The translations under genes and the position numbers were made by a program. A stretch of DNA of 42,580 bases from Catajapyx aquilonaris. Its lineage: Eukaryota. The number at the start of each line of letters is the position of its first letter. Within the stretch, counting starts at the first letter, position 1. Below the pieces are notes generated by a model. It did no database searches and was not told where the DNA came from. It saw nothing but the letters and a program-made list of their open reading frames with translations. Positions 21,325 to 34,601 of the stretch are shown here, one piece after another. The stretch spans positions 1 through 42,580 of the forward strand of contig KZ538883.1 in NCBI GenBank assembly GCA_000934665.2. Direction: 5' to 3'.

Positions 21325-22613
21325 TACCATATGTATAATATTCCGGTTCAGAGATATTTTGTTACATGTAAATGTGTATTTCAAGCATGTTTCCTCATCT
21401 TTGCTGTGCTACATGTTGAGGAAAAATTTATGGAATGACACAATGCAACAAGGGCCCAAGTCGAAGATAAATATTTTCTCACATAAAAATCCCCACACTA
21501 AGTTTCAGGGTGGTACTATTGGCATTGCATAATATATTGTAGAGAGAGTCATTAGAAATTTTAGTGAAAGTGTCTGTGACAGTATTGTGCTGATAGTACA
21601 AAAGGGGGAGGTGGCAGAAATGTGTGGGCATGAGATCGTTTTTTGCTAATGCAGTGCTTAACATTTGTGGCAGTCCTGGGTACTAATACCATAGTAAAAA
21701 TCATCAGTGACTAGCAACAGGTTAGGCATTCCTGAAAGCTGTATTTTTTTTGCTTCAAAACATTAGCTTGTGTGATGAGTGCCAGATGTTCTGAGGTCCA
21801 TGTGTCAAAATAGGTACCATACTGTAAAGACTTTTTTTCTTCTTTTGTTGATTTTGCTAAATAATTTTGATACTATTTATCATTCCACTGACCAAATGGG
21901 CTATATGTGTAGTTAGGGATTTTGCACAACTGTTATTGATTTATGACCGATGTCCACAAAGAATTGGATGATGTCTTGTACTGTTTATCAACCGAGACCT
22001 GTGTTGCGAGCCAAAGCATATGCGGATCTACCATCCTGGTATCCATTAATTATGGAATCACATTAGTCCTGTGAAATAGGCTTTCCATGTGCCATACTTG
22101 AAGGCTCAGTTGAAGCAAATGGTGGCAGTCATGGTAGGGTTGCAGAAATTATGTAGGCAGCCAAATTATTGAAATTGTGGGTAATGGGCGAACTGTAAGT
22201 TTTTTTTAGTGGAGTAGGCGAACTGTTAGGTCACATGCCCCATGGCGTGTTTTGTATTTTTTCAGCTGACCAATTATTCATCAGGAAATGGGCCATTACA
22301 TGAATCATGAGCCTTGGCTGTTGCCATCTCAATTAAACCATTATGGAAATATTACTATAATCTGATTTTTTTTCCCATTGTGTAATTTTCAACACCCCAC
22401 CCTATGAAAATGCAGGGTAGGCGAACTGTTGGTGTATAATAATCCCTACTGCAGAACAACTCACATACGACCACTCTTACATCAGCATGCCAGCCTAGCC
22501 ACAAAATGTCCTTTTTAGCTGCCATTGTTTTGTCCTTACTAATGACCACGGTCATATAAGCTAATGACTGTACCAAATGGCATGTTGTAGTCCTGAAAAC
22601 ATCTTGTTGTGTA

Positions 22614-23233
22614 CGTGGGTTGATTCATAAGTCATGGCGCGTATTTTTTTATTCAAAAACTGTAACACATACAGAGATGGCCTTTGCTGAGTTTTGAAGA
22701 TCTGACAATTACATTTGATCTGGCATATTAGATGTCGCCATATCACGGGGGGTGGGGAAACAAAGGGGGAATGTGACTCCCCCACCGCACCATCGCCCTA
22801 AGACGGCCCGAGCCTGACGTGATTGGAGCTGTTGGATGCTGCATGCTGGACACTCGGCGATGGACAACACTGGAGCTTGCTTTCAAGTGTGGGAGTGGGA
22901 CAAGTCAGAGCACTATGACCTGAGCCATGTGTCACCCATATCCACAAACCGTTTGAAAAAACCATCGGCCTCAATGTGATCGAGTTCCAAGCGAAGGCAA
23001 AATGACACTCTTGCACCTCAAAGAGATGGCGAGGAACCAGTGAGGATGCCAACTTCCTGAGACCTTTCAGTCTTTCAGAGTCCTAAGTATAGTGCTCTGA
23101 CTTGCCTCACACTCGAAAGCAAGCTCCCATGTTGTCCATCGCCGAGTGTCCAGCATGCAACGTCCAAGAGCTCCAAGCGCGTCAGGCTCGAGCCGTCTTA
23201 GGGCGATGGTGTGGTGGGGGGGAGGGAGTGGTC

Positions 23234-23265
<32 letters not shown>

Positions 23266-23410
23266 NNNNNNNNNNNNNNNNCACTATATGGGCGACATCT
23301 ATATAGATCAAATTGTAATCACCAGATCTTCAAAACTCAGCAAAGGTCATCTCTGTATGTGTTACTGTTTTTGAAAAAAATACACGCCATGACTTATGAA
23401 TCAACCCACG
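22614..23410. mobile_element. mariner-derived foldback element, ~300-bp arms, transposase remnant in loop; contains an assembly gap (N 23266-23281)
   Basis: TA|CGTGGGTTGATTCATAAGTCATGGCG...CGCCATGACTTATGAATCAACCCACG|TA. Confidence 0.92.
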
Positions 23411-24284
23411 TATAAGGGGATTTGGCTTTTGAATATACAAAAACAGTAGTTTTGCATATTATGATTTTAAAAGTAAGGTGATTTTTCTTCCTACTGTTAG
23501 GTTAAAATTAATAGCATGCTTTTATTAGTGGCATTACCTCATAACCATTCTTACGAGTGTCTGTGGTTCATATTCTTAGTAACTACTTGTAAATAACTTC
23601 TGGAAGGACAACAAATCTATCTTATATTTTACTGAAAAACAGACATGTTATTGATTATAATTTATTTCATTCTCAAAAAAGACAAGTAATTCCCCACTAA
23701 AATAAAGTGATTTCACAATACAGCATTGATGAAATAATACATTAAATACAGTACTGTATGTGAAGATTATGTGGGACTTCTTTCCATTAATAATGGGATG
23801 AGACATGTCATACTAATGTGGCAAAGCCAGGCTTACGCTGTTACAAAAAAAAATCCAGCCTAGCCTTCTGTCATGTAACCTCCAGCATCAGGTCTGAGAA
23901 CGCAAGTTTGAGCACTATCTGAAAAACCCAAGACATGATAATTATACTAAGATCCCAGAGGAGTCCCATCCCCACCCACCCCTTTTCTTCCTGCTAGCCA
24001 GCTACATAATGTGGTTTGAAGAGGCACATCATTTACAAAGCCAATGGAGGGAGGCAGGAAGAAAAGGCATGGTTTGTAACTAACACTGAAGTCTTCTAGT
24101 AAGTGAGGTATAGAGCAATTTTAATGACACACCTTGTCGTTTCTTTGCCCTACCCATAACTGAAAAGGAAGAAGTCCCACAGAACCTTCCAAATATTCAG
24201 TAAATTCTGGAACTTTCATGGAATGATCACATTATAATTGAATTATGTATGTATATATGTATGTATACAATATATATATATATA

Positions 24285-24551
24285 TATTCAGTCCTCATTA
24301 TAAAGGCACATCTCATGCCCCACCTTATCTAAATACCACACTGTCCAGATCACCCACAGAAATATAATTAAAGGCACGAGAGGGCTTGGGAAGTCATGGC
24401 ATTGTCACATTTTTACATAGCTGCACTACTTTGGATATTATCACATGAATGACATAAGACAACCTAAGCCTTCTCACACTGAGTTATCTCTCTGAGTGAT
24501 CCAGAGGGGGTGGAATTCAGATAAAGCGTGCCTTTATGCAGAGGACTTACT
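24285..24551. mobile_element. Decayed pogo-type MITE beside a (TA)n run
   Basis: AGTCCTC...ATAAAGGCAC / GTGCCTTTAT...GAGGACT inverted ends; internal TAAAGGCAC repeat. Confidence 0.6.
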
Positions 24552-25791
24552 AATATGTGAATGTATGAATATGTAGTGTGATGGAAAAGTACCCAGGGAA
24601 CTATATTCTCTGTGATTAACAGCATGATTATTCTCTCTTGAAGTGTAATTATATTTAAGTTTTATAATTCAACAGCTCCATGCCATCATATTCATGTACA
24701 TTAATATTTTGGTATCTCACTTAAAGCTAATAAAGCTAAGATTGGTGCATGGCAAACTCGATGTTTTGTTCTATGTAAGTAGCCTAAAAGCATAATTTTA
24801 TATAACTTCACAACAAAATTTATATCATAGTGCGAAAAATTATGAAGTTACAGTTTCACTACTATGAGGACTTTGCACACTAAGACTACCACGGTACTGG
24901 TTTCACATATCATGATTCATGATCTTTTGATGGGTGAAGAACTTGCCCTGGAGCCAAGATATTTATGTTTGGGTAAATAACATGAATTAATTACATTTAC
25001 TCATACCAATCCATAAATACCGGAGTGTTGTTTCTCATATGGAATCGAATGCATTGAAGACTATGGTGACCCATTGTTCAAGAAGTTTGCCCTTCAGCTC
25101 TTCATAAGATATTTCCTTCCAAGTTGACAGCAGTCATATTATCCCATCATGGATACTGAGAGGATGAAGTGTATAATGAATTTAAAAAACTACATTATGT
25201 AGAAAAAGATGTAAAAATTTCCATTAATATCATAATGCTAATAATGTGATATTGTAATAGCTCCCATGTGAAAGCTACACCAAAATAATCTAGATCGTGT
25301 TTATGTACTATAAGCCAACAAAAGTTTTGGCCAAACACTATGCTCATGCTGATGGTTATATAGTGTCAGGATACCATTTCCTGAGGCTTTTTCTGACATG
25401 TAGTATGTAATTTTAAACGGATATGAAATAATTATTTCATCACATCACCACACTGCAAGAATCCATGAACTATTGCAGATAGGGAATAACACATTGTTAT
25501 AGCAAGAGTAAATGCTGAAACTATTGTTACCCACAAGAATCTCAATGCATTTATCATGGATGCAAAGATATATTGTCCCCTAGGCACCATTACACCTGGC
25601 ATGTAATTTATATATACAGGATGTGTCACAAAATCCCCTATATGTACTATGCTATATTTTAATAACTATAACAATGGGAAGTCAGTAATATTCCAGTTAT
25701 TTCCACTTGAGAATATCTCCTGTCTGCTTTGGAGATCCCACTCAGAATGTCACATGTGTAAGGATATTGGTCTTAAACCACAATACCAAAT

Positions 25792-25957
25792 CTGCCGCGC
25801 CAATGTAGAACACCCTAACTTGAAAACTAGTAAGGGTGAAGGTTGCATGCATGCCCTGCACTAATCCCCTCTGAGTCAGGGGGGATTAGTGCAGAGCGTG
25901 CATGCGACTTTCACCCTGACTAGTTTTCAGTTAGTGTGTTTTACCTTGGGACGGCAG
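25792..25957. repeat. ~165-bp foldback hairpin (probable MITE)
   Basis: ~80-bp arms CTGCCG...TGCACTAATCCCC / GGGGATTAGTGCA...CGGCAG, very small loop. Confidence 0.88.
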
Positions 25958-27008
25958 GAATGTCATCCTAACCTTAGAACTGGTATTACATTAGTTTGTA
26001 ACAGGGATTTCATGAGTCACACTGTTTATATACAAGAAACATTCAAAAAATTATTTTTACCTGAGTATGAATAAGGTTATTTATATACATAAAACTTGAG
26101 AGAAGTAGTTATGGCCCACTCTGAATCCAGTTGCAACACTGGCAATACTGTGAAACTTGTCCATAATGGACCAGCTCCATTTAAAAAAAAAAAATCCTTG
26201 TGTGAACACATTCATATCTCTTATAGGTGACATCAATACACTGAAAATCCTCCATCAGGAATGAACAAAAGTTCTGCAATGGACAGTTTCCACTGCATCC
26301 AGGGTCTATTATAGGCAGCTCTCACTGTAGTAGTAGTAGTGCTCTAAAGAAGGTAACCTCAGTTGTGAAATTATGCATCTGAAACCAAGAGACACTTCCT
26401 GTTTTGTCCTGAGAAATATTAAGTCCTTGCAGCTGTTTCTGCGCTTCTTCAGAAATCATCCCTTGGAGCCATGTCTGGCCTGACACATGGATAACATGCA
26501 TTTTGGAAGTCACATTTAGTAATGGCAGCTAGGGTAATGTGGAAACTGCAATGAATTCAGATTCACTACTTCACTGTATGGATGACCTTCTTTAGAGGGC
26601 AACATTGATTGATGATTAACACAATCACTTTATTGTTGTCGTGGAAATATTTACCTTTGAAATGACATTACTTAAGGTCAGTGTCTTCATACTACGGCAA
26701 AAATACTTTTAGAATATCCTTTGCATGTCGTTTATCAGTTAATTATTTATTTCTTCACACATGCACACACTTGCACACATATGAAATGTGAAAAAATCTT
26801 GTACTTAGATACTTTCAAAAATTAATCTTTTAGAGAGCTATTTTTTGGCTTATTGACTCTTTGAATAGAGAGATGAGATTCAGAAAAACATAAACATCTC
26901 CCTCTCAGTTGCATTCATTCTCTCACAAGATATTTGGAAACAGCAAAATAAGTTGTTATCATGAAGGTACAGCTTTGGTAGGTTAGTAGTAGCAGAAGCA
27001 GTTCTGGT

Positions 27009-27166
27009 TCAAATCTTCCCAATGCGATGCACCGACCAGCTGCGGAAGAGTTTCTTCCCTGCACCTCCTCGCTTTCCCTCCCTTCCATGGGCCACTTCCA
27101 CTTCTAGAGAAGCCCCATTGCTTAAAGAGAGCCAACGATGGGCTTCTCCTGATTCACTTCCTGTGT
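27009..27166 (-). CDS. SMP-C2 protein terminal coding exon
   Basis: tttctttttag| DTGSESGEAHRWLSLSNGASLEVEVAHG...KKLFRSWSVHRIGKI, TGA at 27011-27009. Confidence 0.85.
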
Positions 27167-27975
27167 CTAAAAAGAAATAAGCATTTAACTGCCTGGAAAC
27201 ATCTTTAAGCTACTTCCTTGAGAAAATCTCTGTGAGTTTTCTGAAAGCAATGTCTGAGTTTTTGAGAAAAAAACCCACTCTGCATAAGTAATTTTGAGGT
27301 ACTTGTACTGGTGCCAAATAGGCACCCTAAGTTTAAAAGGTGTAAAGAATTTGAAATACTGTAATATATTTACTTAATCGTTTTGGTTTGCCACTTCTGT
27401 TCCCTATTGTAGCTTTCCCTTTTATTCTCAGACTCCTTCGTACACTCACTAGGCTTCTACCCGCCCTGCTCCTTCTTTGTTCTTTTCCCAACTAGACCCC
27501 ACTTCCCTCTTCCTGCTCCCCCTCTGGTGGGAATCCCCCACCCCCTTCCTTTGGCGCTACACTATATTTGATTTTTTTTTTTTACTAACATTTACCAAAA
27601 AAAGGAAGCATTTTCAGTGATAGGTACATCCAGTTTTAATGTTATATCACATAGGCAGTCACCCACTGTATACTAATTATTTTATGCCACTTATACCAGT
27701 CTATGCCAACAAACGTTCATCTCAGCCACACCCAAGATAAGCAATAACTAACAAAATTGGAGAAAGAAATTGAAAATTTTCTGCTTGAACATTCGGCAAC
27801 AGCAGGAGTGATAGTCAAAGCCAATTATGGCTAAGAACTTGAAACGATTTTAGCTGCCATTCTTTTGCAACGTTATAACTGCAAATCAAAATTAATAGTC
27901 TCTTTCTTTGGTTGCACATGATTTTGTGTATGCAAATGACATTGATGGAAATCCCTTCAAATGCAGTGTACTCAC

Positions 27976-28193
27976 CTGAAAAGAGTTCCTGAAGTGTGAC
28001 CCGACTGGAGGCAAGAACTTCTTTTCTTGGGGTGAGTATCTCAAAGATGATGGTGGTCTGCCTGTGTGCCCCATCCGTGCTGTCCAAATAAAAGTCCAGC
28101 TCAAATGATGGATTGGGAACTGCAGGCAAAAGACGAGACTTGGTGATGGTCTTGCCTCCATCTTTGCGAGTCCGCTTCTCAGGTGATGACACA
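27976..28193 (-). CDS. SMP-C2 protein exon 9
   Basis: tttttaaag| CVSSPEK...KSRLLPAVPNPSFELDF...VTLQELFS; donor G|GTGAGT, phase 1. Confidence 0.88.
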
Positions 28194-28290
28194 CTTTAAA
28201 AACATAATATGCAACTAAATGTAGAATAGTTCGCTTGTGTTCAGTTGGCATATTTTAAAAGTGAGTGTGATGTTTAAAAGTGAGTGTAGG

Positions 28291-28620
28291 TTGTTATTGT
28301 TTTTTTTTTACTGTACCCCATTATTGGGCCCTGGGCCCTTGTTAGGGGAGTGGGATACTACCATTTGTTGGAACCATATACTGGATATGTCTAGTTGTTC
28401 CAAGGGTAAGTAGAAGGGGATGTGCAAAGTGCAATGTCGTATATTGGTCATTTTGTGAACTCCCCCGGGTGGATTAGTCTAGCGGAAATTTCCACCCGAG
28501 ACGAAGCCAGAGATGGCCCAACTCTGCACGAGATGAAGGGGGGAACCCCGGGCTGGGATCGAACCCGGGACCTTAACATCCGTGGGCGCGTGCGTTACCG
28601 CAGCACCACTCCACCTCCCC
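28291..28620 (-). mobile_element. tRNA-derived SINE, same head, poly(A) tail
   Basis: Head GGGGAGGTGGAGTGGTGCTGCGGT...GGTTCGATCCC on - strand; A-rich tail; no TSD seen. Confidence 0.85.
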
Positions 28621-28841
28621 ATCAGTAATCGCTACCTATTTGGTCAGCTACAATCAGGGGAGTAGGCCCTCTCAAAATCACAGTCCCAGGCCAACTGGCC
28701 CATTTGGCTTCCTCTCTGAACAGCCCTGCATGTCACCAGTGTAGCAATGGAGTGCCCAGAACCACTTGTTTTGGATTGTCCTATTGATGATAGGAGGGTA
28801 CCCCAAGAGTAAAGTAAATCACTTTTTTGCATCTACCATTT

Positions 28842-29504
28842 GAGGGGGTGAAAATCAAAAACCGACAGCTCCAAAAACCCAAAAAAATGAGTTAGCGCCG
28901 GCAATGCATTCCTCATGCCATGGAGTACATAATACCTGAATATGGTATTTAAAACCCTACAACAAAGCCGTCAAATTCAGGGGTGAAAAGTGACCTCTGT
29001 AACAAAAACCGCCAGCTCCATCCCCACTCCCAGAAAATCACAAATCAAAAACCGCCAGCTCCCACGAAAGTAAAGCTGACATGGGAGACAGTACATACTG
29101 CGAAGCTCGTACGGATAACGACGGTGCGAATGAGATGCGCATTTAACAGAACACCTTGCGTAATGTAATGGAACGTTGGTATGTAAGCGTGGAATAAACT
29201 TAAACATTTACACGCCGGATAAACCTGTGTTTCATGTGTCCCTCACTCAATTTTGCATCAAAAAGCGCCAACTCCAGCCTGTTGCAAATCAAAAACCGGC
29301 CAGTGGCGGAATGGACGGTCCACAGCTCATTGGGTAATGGCGGATGATTTCATAATTACTTACCAATGGTTGAGTTGCTAGTAAAGGAATCTATAGCCGC
29401 TACATTCAGGTGTCTACGTTGACATACGGCGAAACTGTAGGTTTTTCTCGTTTTTCTCCGTTACGTTTATGACGGAGCTGTCGGTTTTTGATTTTCACCC
29501 CCTC
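28842..29504. mobile_element. Sola2-type non-autonomous element
   Basis: Perfect 31-bp TIR GAGGGGGTGAAAATCAAAAACCGACAGCTCC; 4-bp TSD ATTT; internal copies of AAAAACCGCCAGCTCC. Confidence 0.85.
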
Positions 29505-29902
29505 ATTTGTCATGCAACACTTGTCATAGTAGATTGGATGATAGACTGAGCTCAGAAAGTTGTTAGGAGTTTACTATGAATCACACAACTGGTCCTAAAT
29601 CAACACCTCTCAAATATGAGAGAACTCAGGAATGGAAACCAATAATGACCCATTTAAAACTGGGCTAAAGCTCTACTTGTGTCTATTTTATTGTACATAT
29701 TTCATTGTTCAATTTGGATTTTTGTTGTAGTAGGAGGAAGTTATATACTTGGGTAATGGGTGTCATTGTATTTTAGGATAAGTCTTCAAAACATAGCCTT
29801 TTTACTAGGTGGAGGTACGGAACTAAACTACATACTGAAGATGAAGGATGGTGAAGAAAAATTAATGAATTACCATATATCCCTAAATGCCAAGTTACTC
29901 AC

Positions 29903-30482
29903 CAGTGCACTTTGACTCTGCAGTAGAGCTGGTTGGTCTGTGACACATGCAATCCTTGAGCCTGCAGCACCTTGCCCTCCACTCCATAGTATTTTTCTGG
30001 TCGACTGGCCCCCCATCCACTTGATCCATTACTCCCCTTCCCTCCAACCCTGTGCAAACTAGGAGATGATCCAACTGACCCACCAGCCAGATTGGGCTGT
30101 GACAAAGCATGACCTAATGAGTTGGCTGCCTCCCTGAGAAGTTCGGTGGCATCAGCCTCTCCTCCTCCCCTAGGTTCAATGCTGAGTGTGACCTGTGATC
30201 TTGGAGGTGGGTCAGGCTTCTTCTTAACTCGACTCTCCTCATGCACATTGGCTTCTGACCTGAAGCGCCTGAGTGGGTGGGACAAGCTGTGCTTTACTTT
30301 CTGGCGCACTGCTTTGAAGCTACCATATTCCTGGGCAGCACGACGGAATGAGAAACTGTTCTTCCCATCAGAGGGGCTTTCTGTGGGGTTGGGTGCAACT
30401 GATAGGTTCTTTTCAGAGGAAGGAAGTGAGAGGTGGGCAGGGCTGCGGCGGCCAGCTGGTGAACCATTAGGAACAGGCCCAT
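29903..30482 (-). CDS. SMP-C2 protein exon 8 (disordered linker, start of fourth C2-like domain)
   Basis: tttttctacag| DGPVPNG...YYGVEGKVLQAQGL...LYCRVKVH; donor TG|GTGAGT, phase 2. Confidence 0.88.
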
Positions 30483-31051
30483 CTGTAGAAAAACAGGGCC
30501 AGTGATTACTACTGATTATCAAAGCCATATGCTAAATTCGAATGCAACTCTTCAAGAAACTGTTCTTTTTTCAGGCATATATTAACTGAATTGCATCTAC
30601 ACATTTTAGCAAGTGACACTTGATATTTCAGGAATATGAACCAGAAAGTTCATTATAAGTGCAAATGTGTGGGAAGCAACGGAAAAGGAAGTAAAAAGTA
30701 TAGTTTGAATAATGTGAATTTGAAATAAAAATTGTGTTTATAAACATGATGCACATCTGAATATAAGCAGACAATTGTCTTAGACATAATCTAAATTCTT
30801 CCAGTTAATTATCCAGCAAATGTCAGCATGCCAAAAAACCAGGTTTTTGCTCACAAACAGAGGTTTTCTTACTAGAGTTGGCCCAAGCTAAGTTGGCTTT
30901 CTGGGAATTTCCAGCCCTGCTCTCCATACCCTGTCACATGAGTGTGGATGGGAAAACATAGAAAGCCACACGGAGTTATCTTAAAACTGTTTCACTTTGA
31001 CAGAAGACTGAGAGGTGGGAAATGGGCATTTAGAGAGTGGAAAGTGAGCAG

Positions 31052-31270
31052 CAGAGGTGAGCAGCAGAGGTGAGCAGCTAACTTCCTCAGTAAAACCCTG
31101 GACATCGCTAAATTGCTCATGCTAAACAGCTAGAAAGATTAGTGGAAATCACCCTAATCATTCTAGCTGTTTATCATTAGTGATTTAGCGCCGCCCTTGG
31201 TTTGCTAACCTTATAAGCGGTTAGCGGAAGTTAGCAGAACTAAAAATTTTGGTTTACGTGCCCAGCTCTG
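31052..31270. mobile_element. hAT-type MITE with rearranged left end
   Basis: Right end GTGCCCAGCTCTG; 8-bp TSD GTGAGCAG at 31044-31051 and 31271-31278; internal palindrome. Confidence 0.7.
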
Positions 31271-31540
31271 GTGAGCAGCAGCAATTCACAACTTCTGTAA
31301 TGGCACTATGGGAAGCAGCCAAGAGGCATGAAATTGTTGAAGTCCAACTGCATGGCCTTTCAGATATTGGAAGTGAGTGGTTGTAGGAGGCAATTACATC
31401 GGAAGGCTGTAACTGGTATACAACCATCTTCCTCCTCCAACAAGGCCAAAAGCAACTTCATCTGCAAAAGCAGCTCCCCCCTATCAGGGCCTACTACTTT
31501 CCTAAAAACCTGTAGCCCTTCCACTGAACATATGGGATAT

Positions 31541-31899
31541 ATTTTTAAATTATTTAATTTAATTTACCCCGTGATAGGCCACATTAGCCCTTTTGGTGGA
31601 ACCTTTTTTCTTTCAGTCTTATTTTCACCTGGCTGGAGCCTTTTTATGAATCGCCCTGGTCCAAGGGCAGGGTGACCGGGAGGGGATGTGCAAAGTGCGA
31701 GTGCAATGTCTCAAATGGTATATTTTGTAAACTCCCTGGGTGGATTAGTCTGTCAGAGATTCCACCCGAGATGAAGCCAGAGACGACCCAACTCTGCACG
31801 AGATGAAGGGGGGAGACCTCTGGCTGGGATCGAACCTGGGATCCACTGGGATCCTTCCATCTGTGGGCGCATACATTACCGCAGCGCCACTCCGCCTCC
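31541..31899 (-). mobile_element. tRNA-derived SINE, same head, different tail
   Basis: Same head and body; TSD GAAC(A/T)TATGGGATAT at 31526-31540 and 31900-31914; (TAAAT)n-like tail. Confidence 0.88.
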
Positions 31900-32294
31900 G
31901 AACTTATGGGATATGCTCCCAACTACTTAAAAAACAAGGCAGTTTTTGTGCTAGCATCTCATTCACTGACTTTCCAGCCATGCTCTGCTGCTGCCTATTT
32001 CCATTCTTATTAATATTTGAGGAAGCATCTGCCAAAAGCAGCTATCTTCGATTTTCGTCATTTTATTGAGTTAACACCATCATTAAAATCTTCATGTAGG
32101 TGCCAAACAGCCAGATCGAAATGATTTTTTTTTGGAGCCATAACAAGAGGATGAAATCTGGAAATCCCATTTACAATGCCATACAAATCGAATCTACAAA
32201 ATTGGCTTTTTCTTGGAATAGTGTTCGGCGAAGATAGCCGCTTTCGGAAGGCGCATCCACATTTCCACTGAACTGAAGAACTTTGTGCACCTAC

Positions 32295-32988
32295 CCCCAC
32301 TGCTATTCGACAATGACAATGTAGGTGATGGACTTCGTGCATTAGTTGCATCTTTAGCTGCCTCACCACCAGATGCAGCAACAACTGGGACTGTTGGCAC
32401 CCTCTGCAATGGAAGATGCAGCCTGGACCTCTCAGCCTGCTTCCTCTGTGCAGGACTTGGGTAACTTCCAGAAGAACTTCGTGATGTCACAGAAGAATCC
32501 CTCCGATGCATGGATGCTTCCCCGTTCGCTGTAACCCTGGCCTCTTCAAGCTCCTCTGTAATAATCTTAACCCTGAGTTCCACCCACCCAGACTTTGTGT
32601 CCCTAAGCTCCATCCACTCAGGTGAGTCACGTCTTGACAAGTGCCTAAGTGCATCTAGTCCTAATGTGACAGCGCCTAAAAAGTCTCGCATTCCAAATGC
32701 ATCATGATCCCATATCACAACTTCAAGTGTTTCTCCTTGTCGGGGAAGGCTGGTGATTACACTTTCTTCCCAAATTGGCTGCAGGGTTTTCTTCTTCACA
32801 CCAGTTTTGTATTTGAGCTCCCCACTGACCCGCAGCTCACAGTATGGATCACTAAACCCATTCAAGTCCTTTGCAATTAAGTCTTTGGCACGCAAAACTG
32901 TGACTTCCATTAATCCCCGGCCGTCAGCCAGGATGCCAACTATGTCATTTGAAGTTGGGTCTGACTCGCGGCTCAGGAACAGCTTCTG
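32295..32988 (-). CDS. SMP-C2 protein exon 7 (third, canonical C2 domain plus Ser-rich linker)
   Basis: CAGCAG acceptor; GLMEVTVLRAKDLIAKDLNGFSDPYC...KKTLQPIWEE...WDHDAFGMRDFLG; donor G|GTAGGT, phase 1. Confidence 0.92.
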
Positions 32989-33288
32989 CTGTTAAGAAAA
33001 AGGCATGTTAAAATGCTGCTCAGTAATATATTGAAATGGCTGCATTGAGTATGTATCATCTTAACTTTTTGACAGTCCAGTTAATTATGATACTAATTTC
33101 TGAGGTTAATTTTACTTATGCTACAGGCTTTCTAGAAGAAATACTTTTTAATGTCAAAGGCAAGGTCAAAGGGCATCAAAATGATCATGCCACATAGGTG
33201 CTAGTATAATATTGGCATTAGAACTTATGTACTGATGCCACAATGCCAACAATGATTTTCAATAGTAAAACAATAAAATACCATATAA

Positions 33289-33765
33289 CCCTCCAATGCA
33301 ATGGTGACGTGGGCACTTTTTGTGACCAATGCCACTATTTTCTCTATAACATTGAAAATCTACCACATATGAGCTTCATCTTTTAGGACATCTTAGATTG
33401 ATTCCTTTTGTGATTAATGGCATTTAGTTTAAATTTTTAGAGTAAATAGCACGATCAGGAAAAAAATCATTATGTACCGATGTGTAGTTGGGACCAAGAC
33501 TGCATTCCATCGAAAGGATTCGAAAGGAAACCAGTTTGGCCTCTTAGGTGACACGCGCACATTATGGCCCCAAATACACATCAGTGCATAATTGATTTTT
33601 TACGATCGCAATATCTCCTCAAAAATTATAAACTAAATGCCATTCTTTGCAGAAGGAATCAACCCAAGATTGTTTCAAAGATGAAGTTCAAATGTGCTAT
33701 ATTTCCCAAGTTATAACAAAAATTGTGACTTGGTCACAAAAAGTGCCCACGTCACTGTCGTAGGG
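33289..33765. mobile_element. piggyBac-type foldback MITE, ~210-bp arms
   Basis: ATAA|CCCT...GTGACGTGGGCACTTTTTGTGACCAA and reverse complement ...AGGG|TTAA. Confidence 0.85.
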
Positions 33766-34125
33766 TTAAGGCTAGTGATATCAGTATCCAAGTTCGATGC
33801 CACTGTTATACAATCACAACCCTTCTTTTGGAGGCAATATTGTAACATCCTGAAGTCATATGCAGGGTGTTACTCTGCCCCTGTTGATGGTGTAAATCAC
33901 GAGCAAAAAGGTTATACAGTATCAAAACTACTGCAAATTAAGACTTGTTCTTGCCAATTGATGAGACATCATGGACATGTTCAGTAGTGTGACAATTATA
34001 CAGAGTTAATCTAGCTCATTAGCAAAGGAAAATATTTTAAAGAGGTGAGTGGAATGTGTTACAATATTGTCCCTGATCTCCCCTACCGAACAGCAAAATA
34101 CAAAGGAGAAAATAACTTGAATTAC

Positions 34126-34368
34126 CGCATGCTGTATGAAGTTCTGGCTGTTCCTCTTCCCTTCACTAGGAAACACGGTCCCCTCATCCTCTCCCTTCTT
34201 GTTGGCCAAACCTTCTCCAGAAACATTTGATCTGGCAACCTGTGCAACAGGACGGAACACCACTGACACTGTAATGGTTCCATTAGGCTGCAGGACTGGG
34301 TTGGATGAACTTGTGCCACCAGTATTACCAGAGAGAGACAAATGCTTTCTCACTGAGGTTGTGTCACT
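34126..34368 (-). CDS. SMP-C2 protein exon 6
   Basis: ttttttccag| SDTTSVRKHL...GTITVSVVFRPV...IQHA; donor GCG|GTAAT, phase 0. Confidence 0.85.
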
Positions 34369-34601
34369 CTGGAAAAAATCGTTACATATTAGTCAATATT
34401 TCAGTACCTGTATTGAATTTTCATATCACCACATTATGTGAATAGATCGACTGCATGCAGTAAACACAGATGATGCCACTATAGATCTGCAATGATGCTG
34501 AATAACTTTCAATGTTCTCCATCAAGCATTATTGTCATTCATCTGGGAATTTCATCTGCAGACGTTCAACATCATTGTCTAAAATAATAGTAGGAACTCA
34601 C

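Noticed and set aside
23236..23281. Poly-Pro ORFs / poly-C tract
   Set aside because: Homopolymer next to an N gap inside a MITE arm; length unreliable
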